DNA of 64,000 nt from a virus. The stretch is taken from the IMG/VR virus record IMGVR_UViG_3300032285_001268, positions 64,001 to 128,000 of that record; one strand, 5' to 3'. The position numbers were made by a program, and so were the translations under genes. The notes below the pieces were generated by a model. It saw only the letters and a program-made list of their open reading frames with translations. It was not told where the DNA came from and did not search any database. Below, one piece after another: positions 49,874 through 58,595 of this stretch (positions are counted from its first letter, which is position 1; each line of letters opens with the position of its first letter).

Positions 49874-50860
49874 TTACAATAAAATTCCCAATAGTACCGC
49901 TCTATTCTTACTTACCAATTCGTCTTGTACTGAAGACCTAACTAGATAAAGTCCAGTATTTCCTGGGCCAACTGTAGCACTTGAATATACTTTTGATTTA
50001 CCAGAAACAACTCCACCTTGATTTGTTATAACCGTCGGTGTTTGATCATCGAGATTTAATATAGCATTAACTTCTACGTTTGAATTAATTGCCGTTAATA
50101 TTAAATTGTTGCCAAGGCTTGTGTTTCCAATGGTGTTTTGATACTGATTGATATTACCAACTGTTACTCCGCCTGCTGTTACAGAAGCTACTAGAGTTTG
50201 TGCTACTGAAAAGTTAATACTTGAACCAAAACTTTGAATACTAGTATTAGCTGTGTTAATTGCACCACTAGTTGGGAAATAGATACGGTCTACAGTAGCA
50301 ACTCCGTTATTGGCCGCTACATAGTTTGTTAGATATTTTCTATTAATCAAGTGGTTGTCTTGACTGACGTATTGCTCATAGTTTGGACTGTTAGCAACTA
50401 ACAATGCATGGTTACTGCCTTGCATGTCAAATACGAAGTCTGTTGCGCCGCTGTTTGCAAGAGATCCTACTTGTAAAGCACCGTAGGATCCTGCAGAATC
50501 TTTCATAACCCAAGTTCCAGAAACATAAGTTCCTGTTGTTGGATTATAGTGTGTTACCGAGTCATTAAAATAAAATTGTGCATCTGGATAATTGCCGCGT
50601 TTAATTGCAATACCAGAAACATAACCAAGAGTAGAACTAATTCCGTTGCCAGTTTGGCCTACGTTCAAATATAGAATATTATCACTAATATTAATGTTAC
50701 TAGACTCAACAGTGGTTGTTTTGCCCTTAACATCTAAGTTTCCATATACTATAATATTACCAGTAGTATCGGGATTAGTTCCAGCATCCAACGTGATATT
50801 ACCACCAGTTTGTACCTGGATTCTATAATCGCCTTGGCTTACTTTTAAAATCTTTGACAT
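49874..50860 (-). CDS. Virion structural / fibre-base protein (328 aa)
   Basis: V.GNLDV.G.TTTVES......DNI..LN motif typical of T4-like fibre proteins. Confidence 0.7.
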   Translation of the reverse strand: MSKILKVSQGDYRIQVQTGGNITLDAGTNPDTTGNIIVYGNLDVKGKTTTVESSNINISDNILYLNVGQTGNGISSTLGYVSGIAIKRGNYPDAQFYFNDSVTHYNPTTGTYVSGTWVMKDSAGSYGALQVGSLANSGATDFVFDMQGSNHALLVANSPNYEQYVSQDNHLINRKYLTNYVAANNGVATVDRIYFPTSGAINTANTSIQSFGSSINFSVAQTLVASVTAGGVTVGNINQYQNTIGNTSLGNNLILTAINSNVEVNAILNLDDQTPTVITNQGGVVSGKSKVYSSATVGPGNTGLYLVRSSVQDELVSKNRAVLLGILL

Positions 50861-50900
50861 GTATTATCCTTAATAAGGGGGGTTGCCCTCCCTATATTAA

Positions 50901-51941
50901 TTAAGCGTTTTCGATTTGTACGCTGTAACCGTTAACAGCTGAACCAAATGTCCAAGGAATTTGTTTACCTGCTGTGAACTGTGAACCGGCACTTGAACTC
51001 AAACGTGTAATTGCTTTTGGATTTAGTGTACATGTGTGAGCAGTTAGCTTACGTACTAGATATGTACCACCTGCGCTATCTTTAGCAACGATGTTCATTT
51101 CAACACCTTCAACTGCTGTATAACCAAGTGTACCGTCTGCTTCAGCGTCATAACGAATACGTGCAATACGTGTACCTACACGCTCGTATAGTGCGCTAGT
51201 ATCGCCTGTTTTGTTCACACGATAACGTTTAGATGAAATTTGCTTTTGAATATCAACTTCAACTAGTGAACCACCGATGTATGCGTAGGCAATGATAGCA
51301 TTTTCTTCGTATGTTGCAGAACCAACTGCACCAGTATCTGTTGCCATTGTTACAACGTTCAACGATGGAGCTGTTTGAGTTGTAAATGTATGTCCACCCC
51401 ATGATAGTGTTGGAGCTGTAACATAACCTGAACCTGAGTTAGTAACATCAATACGCTTAACACGGAATGTTACTGTAATTTGTACGTCTGTACCAGTTGG
51501 AGTTTGTCTTGCGTTGAATGTTGTAATACCAGAACCAGTAAAATCACCGCGACGGAATTCGCCACGATTGCCACCTGTTAGGTTAACCGATGTAACTGCA
51601 CCACCACCGTTAACTACAAAGTTAACAACTGCACCACCACCTAGGCCAACAATACTTGTTGAAAGACCTGCTGTGTAACCAGTAGCACCACCCGAAGCGT
51701 ATGTAACTGTTTCAATTTCAAATACTGGTGATAAAACTGCTGTTGTACCGTTAGCAATAGTTGGAGCCGATGCTGTTAGTGTTGGAAAGTTTTGATATGT
51801 GTTGTTAACAACAAAGCTACCAACACCGCCAGCCGGTTGGCTAACACTTCCTACGCCTTGACCACCGATGCCATCATCAGTTGGGCGATTGGTACCGATA
51901 TTGCGGTTACCAAAATATTTTTTATTTAAGGGACGTCCCAT
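50901..51941 (-). CDS. Conserved virion protein (346 aa, MGRPLNKKYFG), possibly head- or collar-associated
   Basis: Strong AAAGGAG SD; own late promoter; located after the capsid operon. Confidence 0.7.
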   Translation of the reverse strand: MGRPLNKKYFGNRNIGTNRPTDDGIGGQGVGSVSQPAGGVGSFVVNNTYQNFPTLTASAPTIANGTTAVLSPVFEIETVTYASGGATGYTAGLSTSIVGLGGGAVVNFVVNGGGAVTSVNLTGGNRGEFRRGDFTGSGITTFNARQTPTGTDVQITVTFRVKRIDVTNSGSGYVTAPTLSWGGHTFTTQTAPSLNVVTMATDTGAVGSATYEENAIIAYAYIGGSLVEVDIQKQISSKRYRVNKTGDTSALYERVGTRIARIRYDAEADGTLGYTAVEGVEMNIVAKDSAGGTYLVRKLTAHTCTLNPKAITRLSSSAGSQFTAGKQIPWTFGSAVNGYSVQIENA

Positions 51942-52031
51942 TTTGTTTTCTCCTTTGTAGAAACAACGGCGTTCTAGGCCGTACGCGGTTGGATTTCCGC
52001 ATAAAACTCACCCCGTGTGAGTCGTACATTG
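51942..52031 (-). ncRNA. Candidate three-hairpin 5' leader RNA (about 90 nt)
   Basis: Three consecutive hairpins between a late promoter and the SD. Confidence 0.45.
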
Positions 52032-52038
52032 TATTTAT
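52032..52038 (-). promoter_or_regulatory. Late promoter ATAAATA, overlapping the upstream stop codon
   Basis: Consensus match. Confidence 0.65.
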
Positions 52039-52547
52039 GCGTAAGTGATACGGACAGCAACTTGGTCAATATAGGCCAGGTCTTTATGTGGTATTAATAT
52101 GTTGCTACGTAGTGCTATAGAAACACCAAACGTAGAATTGTTTACATCAGCTACAGTTAAAGGTGTGCCCCATGTGTTACTTGCACCGCCATAAATTTTA
52201 AGATCAGATATGACAACATCTGCAATGTTATCACCTATAGGTTCACCGTTTAAGGTAAGCTGTATAAGAAAATCTTGTATTCTAGCCAGTCTAATAGAAC
52301 CTAAACGCAATTCTACACCTAGTATAGTTGCGCCAGCAATGTTAAAATTAAAATTAGTACAGACTAGTCTAGCTGTTCTACTGGCAAATACTTCTTGATA
52401 AAGCCCAGGTATAGTGTGCAATGTATCTGAACTAACAGCATAACTGTCTTTTGAAATAATCTCATCAGAATGATTCCACAGGATATCTTTTGCAGTATCT
52501 TGTACTTGCACTATTTGATTAGGAATTAGGAATTCTGTGCGGGCCAT
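52035..52547 (-). CDS. Hypothetical beta-sandwich protein (MARTEF...); start reassigned from 52601 to 52547
   Basis: The longer ORF would cross the MCP terminator; TAAATA lies 4 nt upstream of ATG 52547. Confidence 0.65.
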   Translation of the reverse strand: MARTEFLIPNQIVQVQDTAKDILWNHSDEIISKDSYAVSSDTLHTIPGLYQEVFASRTARLVCTNFNFNIAGATILGVELRLGSIRLARIQDFLIQLTLNGEPIGDNIADVVISDLKIYGGASNTWGTPLTVADVNNSTFGVSIALRSNILIPHKDLAYIDQVAVRITYA

Positions 52548-52551
52548 ACTA

Positions 52552-52557
52552 TATTTA
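52552..52557 (-). promoter_or_regulatory. Late promoter TAAATA (4 nt before ATG)
   Basis: Core consensus directly after the terminator. Confidence 0.55.
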
Positions 52558-52560
52558 CAT

Positions 52561-52587
52561 AAAAAAAGGGCTCCGAAGAGCCCTTTT
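52561..52587 (-). terminator. Rho-independent terminator of the capsid operon
   Basis: AAAAGGGCTC-TTCG-GAGCCCTTTTTTT (UUCG tetraloop). Confidence 0.9.
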
Positions 52588-52610
52588 AGATTGACAAACA
52601 AAAACCAATA

Positions 52611-53792
52611 TTATTGGAATTTTACGTTTGCTGATGTGATACCAACTAAACCTAAGTAGTCAGCCGCGTTACCTAGAGATGATGCTGTGTTTGACAACTC
52701 AACATATCCATAACGTGTCATGAAGCTTACTACTGGTTCAAATGTTGATGGATCCAATACAACACCGCTTGACATCAATGGGATGTATGGGCAGTAGAAT
52801 GCTGGAGCATCTGATTCGCTTGCGCCTTTGTAACCAACTAGGATGCTTGTTGAATCTGAAGCATAGCTGTTTACATAGATCTTCATAGCACCGTTCAATG
52901 TACCAACAAACTTAGTGTTTGTAGGTGCTTCGAATGTGCCTTCTGTTGTACGAGCAAAAGCTGAAGTAGTAGCAGACTGTAGAATTGTTAACGCAAATGG
53001 GCTAACAACTGCATAGTTACCTGCACCACGACGTGTACGTTGAGCGATCAAGTTACTTACGCGGTTGATCATAACTGCCAAGGCAGCATGTTCATCACCA
53101 ACGAATGTAGCTGTACCACTTACGGCAGCTTGGTCGTATGTGTATAGAGCTGTACCAGCCAATGTTGATAGGCTTGATAGGATCTCTTGGTCGATTTCAG
53201 CAGTGATTTCTTGTGCCAAAGCAGCCATGATTTCTGCTTCAACGTCAATACCTTGTTGGGCTTGTGCGTCTTGAGCAGCCTCGAATGTCCAGCGAGCTGA
53301 TAACTTACGTGTCTTAGCTTCAACTGTTTGTTTCAAGATCTGGATGCTTAGTTTGTTACCTGGACGACCTTCTAAAGAAGCTGTTGAAGCTGCCTTAGCG
53401 CCTGGAGGTACAGTACCTTCAGAGTCATTACCAGAGTAAGCACTAGCAATTTTGAATGGGCTTAGAGCCTCTTCACCAGCTACTGTGCTGTTTGTTGCAT
53501 CAGCATAACGCACACGTAGAGTGTGGATCTGACCAACTGGACCAGTCATTGGTTGTACGCCTAATAGTTCGTTAGCAATAACGGTAGGCATTACTCGACG
53601 GATTACTGGAAGAATCACGCGATTTAGTGTTGCAACGTTGCCAGCAGAAGTAGCACCAGCTGAAGCAGATTCTTGCAAATACTTACGAGTATTCTCTAGA
53701 GTCACGCCCATTACTGATTTCTTAGTGCCTTGTAGGCCTTCTAATAATGCTTCTTTAGTCTCTGCCCAACGTCCGTTTAGTAGTTCTGACAT
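52611..53792 (-). CDS. gp23: Major capsid protein (T4 gp23-like)
   Basis: IRRVMP..IA.EL.GVQPMTGPVGQI..LR, VEAKTRKL.ARWT.EAAQD, E..AEID.EI, FYCPYIPL, TRYG motifs. Confidence 0.95.
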   Translation of the reverse strand: MSELLNGRWAETKEALLEGLQGTKKSVMGVTLENTRKYLQESASAGATSAGNVATLNRVILPVIRRVMPTVIANELLGVQPMTGPVGQIHTLRVRYADATNSTVAGEEALSPFKIASAYSGNDSEGTVPPGAKAASTASLEGRPGNKLSIQILKQTVEAKTRKLSARWTFEAAQDAQAQQGIDVEAEIMAALAQEITAEIDQEILSSLSTLAGTALYTYDQAAVSGTATFVGDEHAALAVMINRVSNLIAQRTRRGAGNYAVVSPFALTILQSATTSAFARTTEGTFEAPTNTKFVGTLNGAMKIYVNSYASDSTSILVGYKGASESDAPAFYCPYIPLMSSGVVLDPSTFEPVVSFMTRYGYVELSNTASSLGNAADYLGLVGITSANVKFQ

Positions 53793-53803
53793 TTAAATTC
53801 TCC

Positions 53804-54907
53804 TTAAATTTTTAGTCCTGCGAGTTTACGAATGCTAATAATATTGCTATCGTCCTCACTGCTACGGTTGGTGTTGGAAATTTTATTTCCTGTAACTTCT
53901 TTTGCCTCTACAAGTGCCTGTTTCTTCTGCGGAGCTTTACCTGCGTGTCCATTTAGAACTGCTGGTAGATACTTGTCAAAACTTTCATTAAGTTTTGATG
54001 TTTTCACACTCTCCATTAATTCACCCATGATTGCTTTTTGCTCACTGTTAAGTGGAGCAAGTAATTCGCTCATGATTGCTTTTCTTTCTTGCGCTTCTTT
54101 CAACGCACGGATTTCTGCTTCTTTACTTTCTAGGATTTGTTCAGCTTGCACCACTGCTTGAGCGGCTTCTTGCATTGCTAAATCTTTCGTGTCTATGACC
54201 TTGAGTAATTTTGCAGTCTCCGATTTTTCATTTAGGTAACTAGATTGATATTCTTGAGCGAAAGCTTCGAACAGCTTACGACCAAAATCTGCACGACGAG
54301 CGGCTTCGATGTCTTCTTTCAGTGATGTAATTTCAGAACGTAAATTCTGACTTACTACTGATTCTACCATCTTTGCGGCACGTTGCACAAAAGCTTCTTT
54401 TACCTTCTTGATTTCTTCGCGACCTTCACGCACTAGACGAACTTTAGTTTCGGCTAAATCACGTTTGTCTTGCATAAACTCTGTAATTTCTTGTGCTAGA
54501 GCTTCAACAACAAATGTTTCAAGTTTGCCAAATTTACCGGCCATCTCAACTTGATCTTCGTGCAATTCTTTAACTTCAGAAGCTAGTTGACGTGTAACGA
54601 ATTCCTTCATTACTTCGGCATCTTTCTTCATCTTTTTAGCATACTTGACTTTCATCTCTGCTAATTGCTTACGATCATCTGAGAACTCAACAAGTTCCGC
54701 GGCTAGTTGCTCGCTGATCATACGATCAACTGCTTCTACCATTGCTTCCTTGTCGTGCTCGTATTTCTGAGCGAACTCTTCACGTAGTTGTTCAGCTACT
54801 TGTTGACGATTCTCATTGATCTTCGTGTCCCAAGCGGCTTGAATTGATTGCTGAATCTCTTCGGAAATCACATTGTTTTCAAATAACTGCTTTAGTGCAT
54901 CCAACAT
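53804..54907 (-). CDS. gp22: Prohead scaffold (core) protein
   Basis: Coiled-coil, Glu/Lys-rich; between protease and MCP genes. Confidence 0.85.
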   Translation of the reverse strand: MLDALKQLFENNVISEEIQQSIQAAWDTKINENRQQVAEQLREEFAQKYEHDKEAMVEAVDRMISEQLAAELVEFSDDRKQLAEMKVKYAKKMKKDAEVMKEFVTRQLASEVKELHEDQVEMAGKFGKLETFVVEALAQEITEFMQDKRDLAETKVRLVREGREEIKKVKEAFVQRAAKMVESVVSQNLRSEITSLKEDIEAARRADFGRKLFEAFAQEYQSSYLNEKSETAKLLKVIDTKDLAMQEAAQAVVQAEQILESKEAEIRALKEAQERKAIMSELLAPLNSEQKAIMGELMESVKTSKLNESFDKYLPAVLNGHAGKAPQKKQALVEAKEVTGNKISNTNRSSEDDSNIISIRKLAGLKI

Positions 54908-54920
54908 ATGATTCTCCTTG

Positions 54921-55550
54921 TTATTGGAGTTTGCTTATTATTGATAATAAGCTCTCTTTGAGATATTTTTGTGCTTTAGGATCACCCTTTACCTCTTGCG
55001 CTATGCGAAAGGCATTAAGACCACCGCGATTATTCATCAAGTGTTCATAAATTGGTGTAGGATATGCTCCAGGGGCACTAGGTTGAGCTACCATATCTAC
55101 TGTGATAATCTCAAAATCTGATACTTCACCGGATCCGTCATCTCTGACGTTTCCGGATCCGCGTGAACTAACACCTAATTTTACACCACTTTCAAGCATG
55201 GTGCGAATTAGTTGTCCCATAGGGGTAGGAAGTATTTTCAACTTCCCGTAACCATTTGGCCCGTCCATCCACATATTTGTTATCATGTGGGATACACGAT
55301 CCAGGTTAATTTTTAGATCATCTGGATGATCCACTTCTCCGAGTACTGAATAACCGTTTTGAATCTGATCGTTAAGGGTTTTGACAGCCTTGCCAATCTC
55401 ACTCACAGGGTAAACACGCTGGTTAGCGTTACGTATACCGCCCTGGATACAAATCCCTGACATGTATAAGTTTTTACCGTCTTTGTCATCAGATTCAACG
55501 ATCATTTGTGCTTCGTTGAAACTGAGATTCTCTCGGAGGTATAAAGACAT
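54921..55550 (-). CDS. gp21: Prohead protease
   Basis: NANQRVYP, LGEVDHP, VSH, GKLKILPTPMG, GVSSRGSG, D.VAQPSAP motifs. Confidence 0.93.
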   Translation of the reverse strand: MSLYLRENLSFNEAQMIVESDDKDGKNLYMSGICIQGGIRNANQRVYPVSEIGKAVKTLNDQIQNGYSVLGEVDHPDDLKINLDRVSHMITNMWMDGPNGYGKLKILPTPMGQLIRTMLESGVKLGVSSRGSGNVRDDGSGEVSDFEIITVDMVAQPSAPGAYPTPIYEHLMNNRGGLNAFRIAQEVKGDPKAQKYLKESLLSIISKLQ

Positions 55551-55568
55551 ATTTTTAATAGTCTCTTA

Positions 55569-56477
55569 TTATTTCTTAATTGCTTTTAGAACGCTTTGCT
55601 TGTTGTCAGCTGATTCTTTTGAACCTGCTTTCTCTGCACCGTGTCCTGGTTCTTTCTTAGTAAAAGCTGTTTTACCTGCTTTAGAATCAACACGGTTTTG
55701 GATTGTACCTAAACCTGCTGTTAAATCTTCAGTAGTTGGCTTTGCTAAACCACCTTGTGTACCACCAGTAGTTGTTGAAAAGCCTTGAGCGATGTTAGCA
55801 GAAGTACCGCCCATATCGTTCTTACCAGCTACGATTGACTTAGTGTTTAAACCGTCGTCACCCATTTTACCGTATGTGTTGTATGTGTTGCCACCTACTT
55901 TGTTAACATATTCCATTAGGTCAGCTAGCTCGTCGTCACCGCCGCCCATTTGATCGTCACCACCTACTTGTGCGGCTAAATCGTGCATTGGTTCTCCGTC
56001 GCCGTGAATTCCTGGCTCTGTTTCTTCTTCGTGTTCTTCACCAGCTAATAGCTCTTCAAATTCAGCTTTTAGCTCTTCTAAGGCATCTTCTAGGTCCATA
56101 ACGCGATCTTCGATTGCGCCGTCTGATTCTTCACCTTCTTCATCGCCGAAATCAGGAGTTTCTTCTTCACCTTCTTCGTCGCCGGCTTCTTCTTCACCTT
56201 CTTCTTCCTCTTCGCCTTCTTCCTCTTCTTCACCTTCTTCCTCTTCTTCACCTTCTTCTTCCTCTTCTGCTGGAGGGAAAGTTTCTGAAACAGGTTGTGC
56301 GGCATTGGTGTCAGCGGCTGTGATACCTTCTTCTAAATCAAAATCTTCTGATAGTAGTTCTTCGTAAATCTCGCGAGATTTAGCAACTACGATGTTATGA
56401 AATATTTCCTTGGCTGTGTCTTGATCTTCGTTGATCAGAGCATTCAGCATGGCTTCAAATTGAGCGCGGTCAGTCAT
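55569..56477 (-). CDS. Highly acidic prohead core protein (gp67-like position); start reassigned from 56528 to 56477
   Basis: AGGAG SD before ATG 56477; Glu/Asp-rich; upstream of gp21. Confidence 0.7.
   Translation of the reverse strand: MTDRAQFEAMLNALINEDQDTAKEIFHNIVVAKSREIYEELLSEDFDLEEGITAADTNAAQPVSETFPPAEEEEEGEEEEEGEEEEEGEEEEEGEEEAGDEEGEEETPDFGDEEGEESDGAIEDRVMDLEDALEELKAEFEELLAGEEHEEETEPGIHGDGEPMHDLAAQVGGDDQMGGGDDELADLMEYVNKVGGNTYNTYGKMGDDGLNTKSIVAGKNDMGGTSANIAQGFSTTTGGTQGGLAKPTTEDLTAGLGTIQNRVDSKAGKTAFTKKEPGHGAEKAGSKESADNKQSVLKAIKK
56160..56267 (-). repeat. In-frame tandem repeat encoding (EEEEEG)x4 plus acidic tail
   Basis: Approx. 18-bp unit ttcttcctcttcttcacc repeated on the plus strand. 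Confidence 0.8.
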
Positions 56478-56517
56478 GTTTAATTCTCCTGTGATGTAGT
56501 GATACAAGGCTGTATTA

Positions 56518-56523
56518 TATTTA
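56518..56523 (-). promoter_or_regulatory. Late promoter TAAATA for the core-protease-scaffold-MCP operon
   Basis: Core consensus in the intergenic gap. Confidence 0.6.
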
Positions 56524-56588
56524 CACAAAGTGGTAAAAATATAGGCAGATATAGCGAAAAAACAGCCTGTTTTTGTCGTTTTTTCAAA

Positions 56589-56828
56589 TTATACAGTAGG
56601 GGCTACTGGTGTTACGTACATTGAATGAATAAAATCTAATTCATTCTCCTGTTCTAGTATGTGCGCTTCGCTAGTTTTTCTTAGCTCGTTAATTTGTTTT
56701 AATGTTAATCTAGTCTTACGTGTATCTGCTCTATGCAGTTGTCCGCCATCGCGTTGAGGCTCGTAGCGCAAATCATTTGCTACACGGCGACTATCCGGAT
56801 CAATATAAAACAATTCTCTTAAAATCAT
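56589..56828 (-). CDS. Small conserved protein after portal (79 aa; gp68-like position)
   Basis: RKTRLTLKQIN.LRK motif; own late promoter. Confidence 0.7.
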   Translation of the reverse strand: MILRELFYIDPDSRRVANDLRYEPQRDGGQLHRADTRKTRLTLKQINELRKTSEAHILEQENELDFIHSMYVTPVAPTV

Positions 56829-56833
56829 AGTAA

Positions 56834-56841
56834 TATTTATA
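56834..56841 (-). promoter_or_regulatory. Late promoter TATAAATA (5 nt before ATG), overlapping the portal stop
   Basis: Exact consensus. Confidence 0.72.
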
Positions 56842-58588
56842 CCGCAGGCGCCGGAGCAGTGCCTGGCGCAGGTGCCGGTGCTCCACCTACTGGAGGCATT
56901 TCACCTTCTTCTCCAGTTGGTTCTTCAGCCATATCTTCTGGGGCTTCCATGTCTGCGGCTGCACCTAAATCACCTTCAATGCCTGCGGCACTGATGCCTG
57001 CTGAACGTAATTCTCCTGCGGCATCAGTATGACTTGGCTCGCCTTTGCCGTTTTCTTGTGCCCATAGACGTTCGTTTTCTGCTACTTCTTCTTCTGTTAA
57101 ACCTAAGAAACGTTTAAGAGCAAAGCGTTTGCTCATGAATGGTACTGCTTGAATTGTATTAAATGTGTTGATACGTTCAGCATCAATTGTTGCTTGACGG
57201 CTACTTGCAAAGTTAAGCGGTGGATTAAACTGTAATTCAAAGATATTAGCATCAATATTAAGACCTTTGAAGTACATGAATCGCTTAAATTCTTCGTCAA
57301 ATACACCAGAAATTAATGCTTGTAGACGTTCACAATATTTGTTAAAACGTAGTTCTTGAATGTAGGCTGTACCTACACGACCGTCATTAAAGTTACTTTG
57401 ACTGTCGTCTTGTCCTGTTGGCAAGTAGCTACTAGGTATACGCAAACCACGGAATAACTTGTTAGTAAAGTACTTCAAGTCATCAATTTCACCAATATTC
57501 TTACCGCCTTCTAGCATTGTCACATCGGAACCTTTGCCGTCTGCTGTCTTAGGGAAGAAGTAGTCTTCATTAATGCTTAGAGGGTTGTATGCAGAGTCTA
57601 TGACGTTCTGTCCGCCACCACTTTGTGACGGAATACGGCGTTGATGTATTTCGTTTTTAACACGTTCTACGAATGCCATAGCCAAGTGACTTGGCATGTT
57701 GCCCACGTCAATGTGGAACACACGACGTTCCGGAGCACGTTGTATGCGATAGATTAGAATCGCATCTTCTAATAATTCTTTCTGCTTGTAAACTTTAAAG
57801 ATGTTTTCAAGCAGACTGTTGCCAAATGGGAAGTTATTGTCCAGACCTTCTGATAAACTTAGGTGTATCATATGTTCTGCGTCAATAGCACTTTCTTTTT
57901 CGCTTAGTCCAAATCTGCCTTGGCCGCTGTTGTAAGGTGTGCTGGCGCCGCCTACAAAGCTAGACTGGCCAGCAGTTGCACCACCGCCACCTGCTGTACC
58001 GCCAGCATTATTTTTAGGATTAATATTTGTAGTAATCTGTGTTGCAACTAGACTTTCAAAGTTTGGTGCTAGATTTTTAACGATATACTGCTCAGGTTTT
58101 TTACCTTCGCTTTCGTTTACAATAATTTTAACAATCTGTGTTGGGTCGATGTAAGACCACTTTTGTGTTTCTGGATCACGAATAAAGAACGCATCACCGT
58201 ATTTGAATGTGTTACGTACGATACGGAATATACGTGTGTCAAATTTCTGTAGTTTGTTCCATTGCTGTAGATATTCGCTTAGGATTTTAACTTCTGCGTT
58301 TGTACCTTTACTGCGCCAATATGTTGTAAATGGACTCTTGCCATCTTTTAATTTTTGTGTGCAAAATTCTGCAAGGATGTCTAGTGCGGCGTTAACTTCT
58401 GGATCACTGTCCATTACTTCATACTGATTATAACGCTCAATACGATTGGGACTACCAGTATATACGTCGGGAAGATAACTGCTGTAGTTTGTTCGCGCAG
58501 GTCCAGGACGGTTGCCCGTTCCAAAATTACCCGATGTGATTACAGAACCACTAACAGGTACAGGTGTAAAGAATTTTTTCCATGACAT
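56837..58588 (-). CDS. gp20: Portal protein
   Basis: LEDAILIYRIQRAPERRVF.IDVGNMP, EDYFFP, G..V..L.GG, IDDL.YF..KL.RGLRIP.S, EL.F..YC.RLQ motifs. Confidence 0.93.
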   Translation of the reverse strand: MSWKKFFTPVPVSGSVITSGNFGTGNRPGPARTNYSSYLPDVYTGSPNRIERYNQYEVMDSDPEVNAALDILAEFCTQKLKDGKSPFTTYWRSKGTNAEVKILSEYLQQWNKLQKFDTRIFRIVRNTFKYGDAFFIRDPETQKWSYIDPTQIVKIIVNESEGKKPEQYIVKNLAPNFESLVATQITTNINPKNNAGGTAGGGGATAGQSSFVGGASTPYNSGQGRFGLSEKESAIDAEHMIHLSLSEGLDNNFPFGNSLLENIFKVYKQKELLEDAILIYRIQRAPERRVFHIDVGNMPSHLAMAFVERVKNEIHQRRIPSQSGGGQNVIDSAYNPLSINEDYFFPKTADGKGSDVTMLEGGKNIGEIDDLKYFTNKLFRGLRIPSSYLPTGQDDSQSNFNDGRVGTAYIQELRFNKYCERLQALISGVFDEEFKRFMYFKGLNIDANIFELQFNPPLNFASSRQATIDAERINTFNTIQAVPFMSKRFALKRFLGLTEEEVAENERLWAQENGKGEPSHTDAAGELRSAGISAAGIEGDLGAAADMEAPEDMAEEPTGEEGEMPPVGGAPAPAPGTAPAPAV

Positions 58589-58595
58589 ATATGTT

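Noticed and set aside
56090-56323. Lys-rich and Leu-rich ORFs overlapping the acidic repeat
   Set aside because: Alternative-frame readings of the GAA/GAG repeat.
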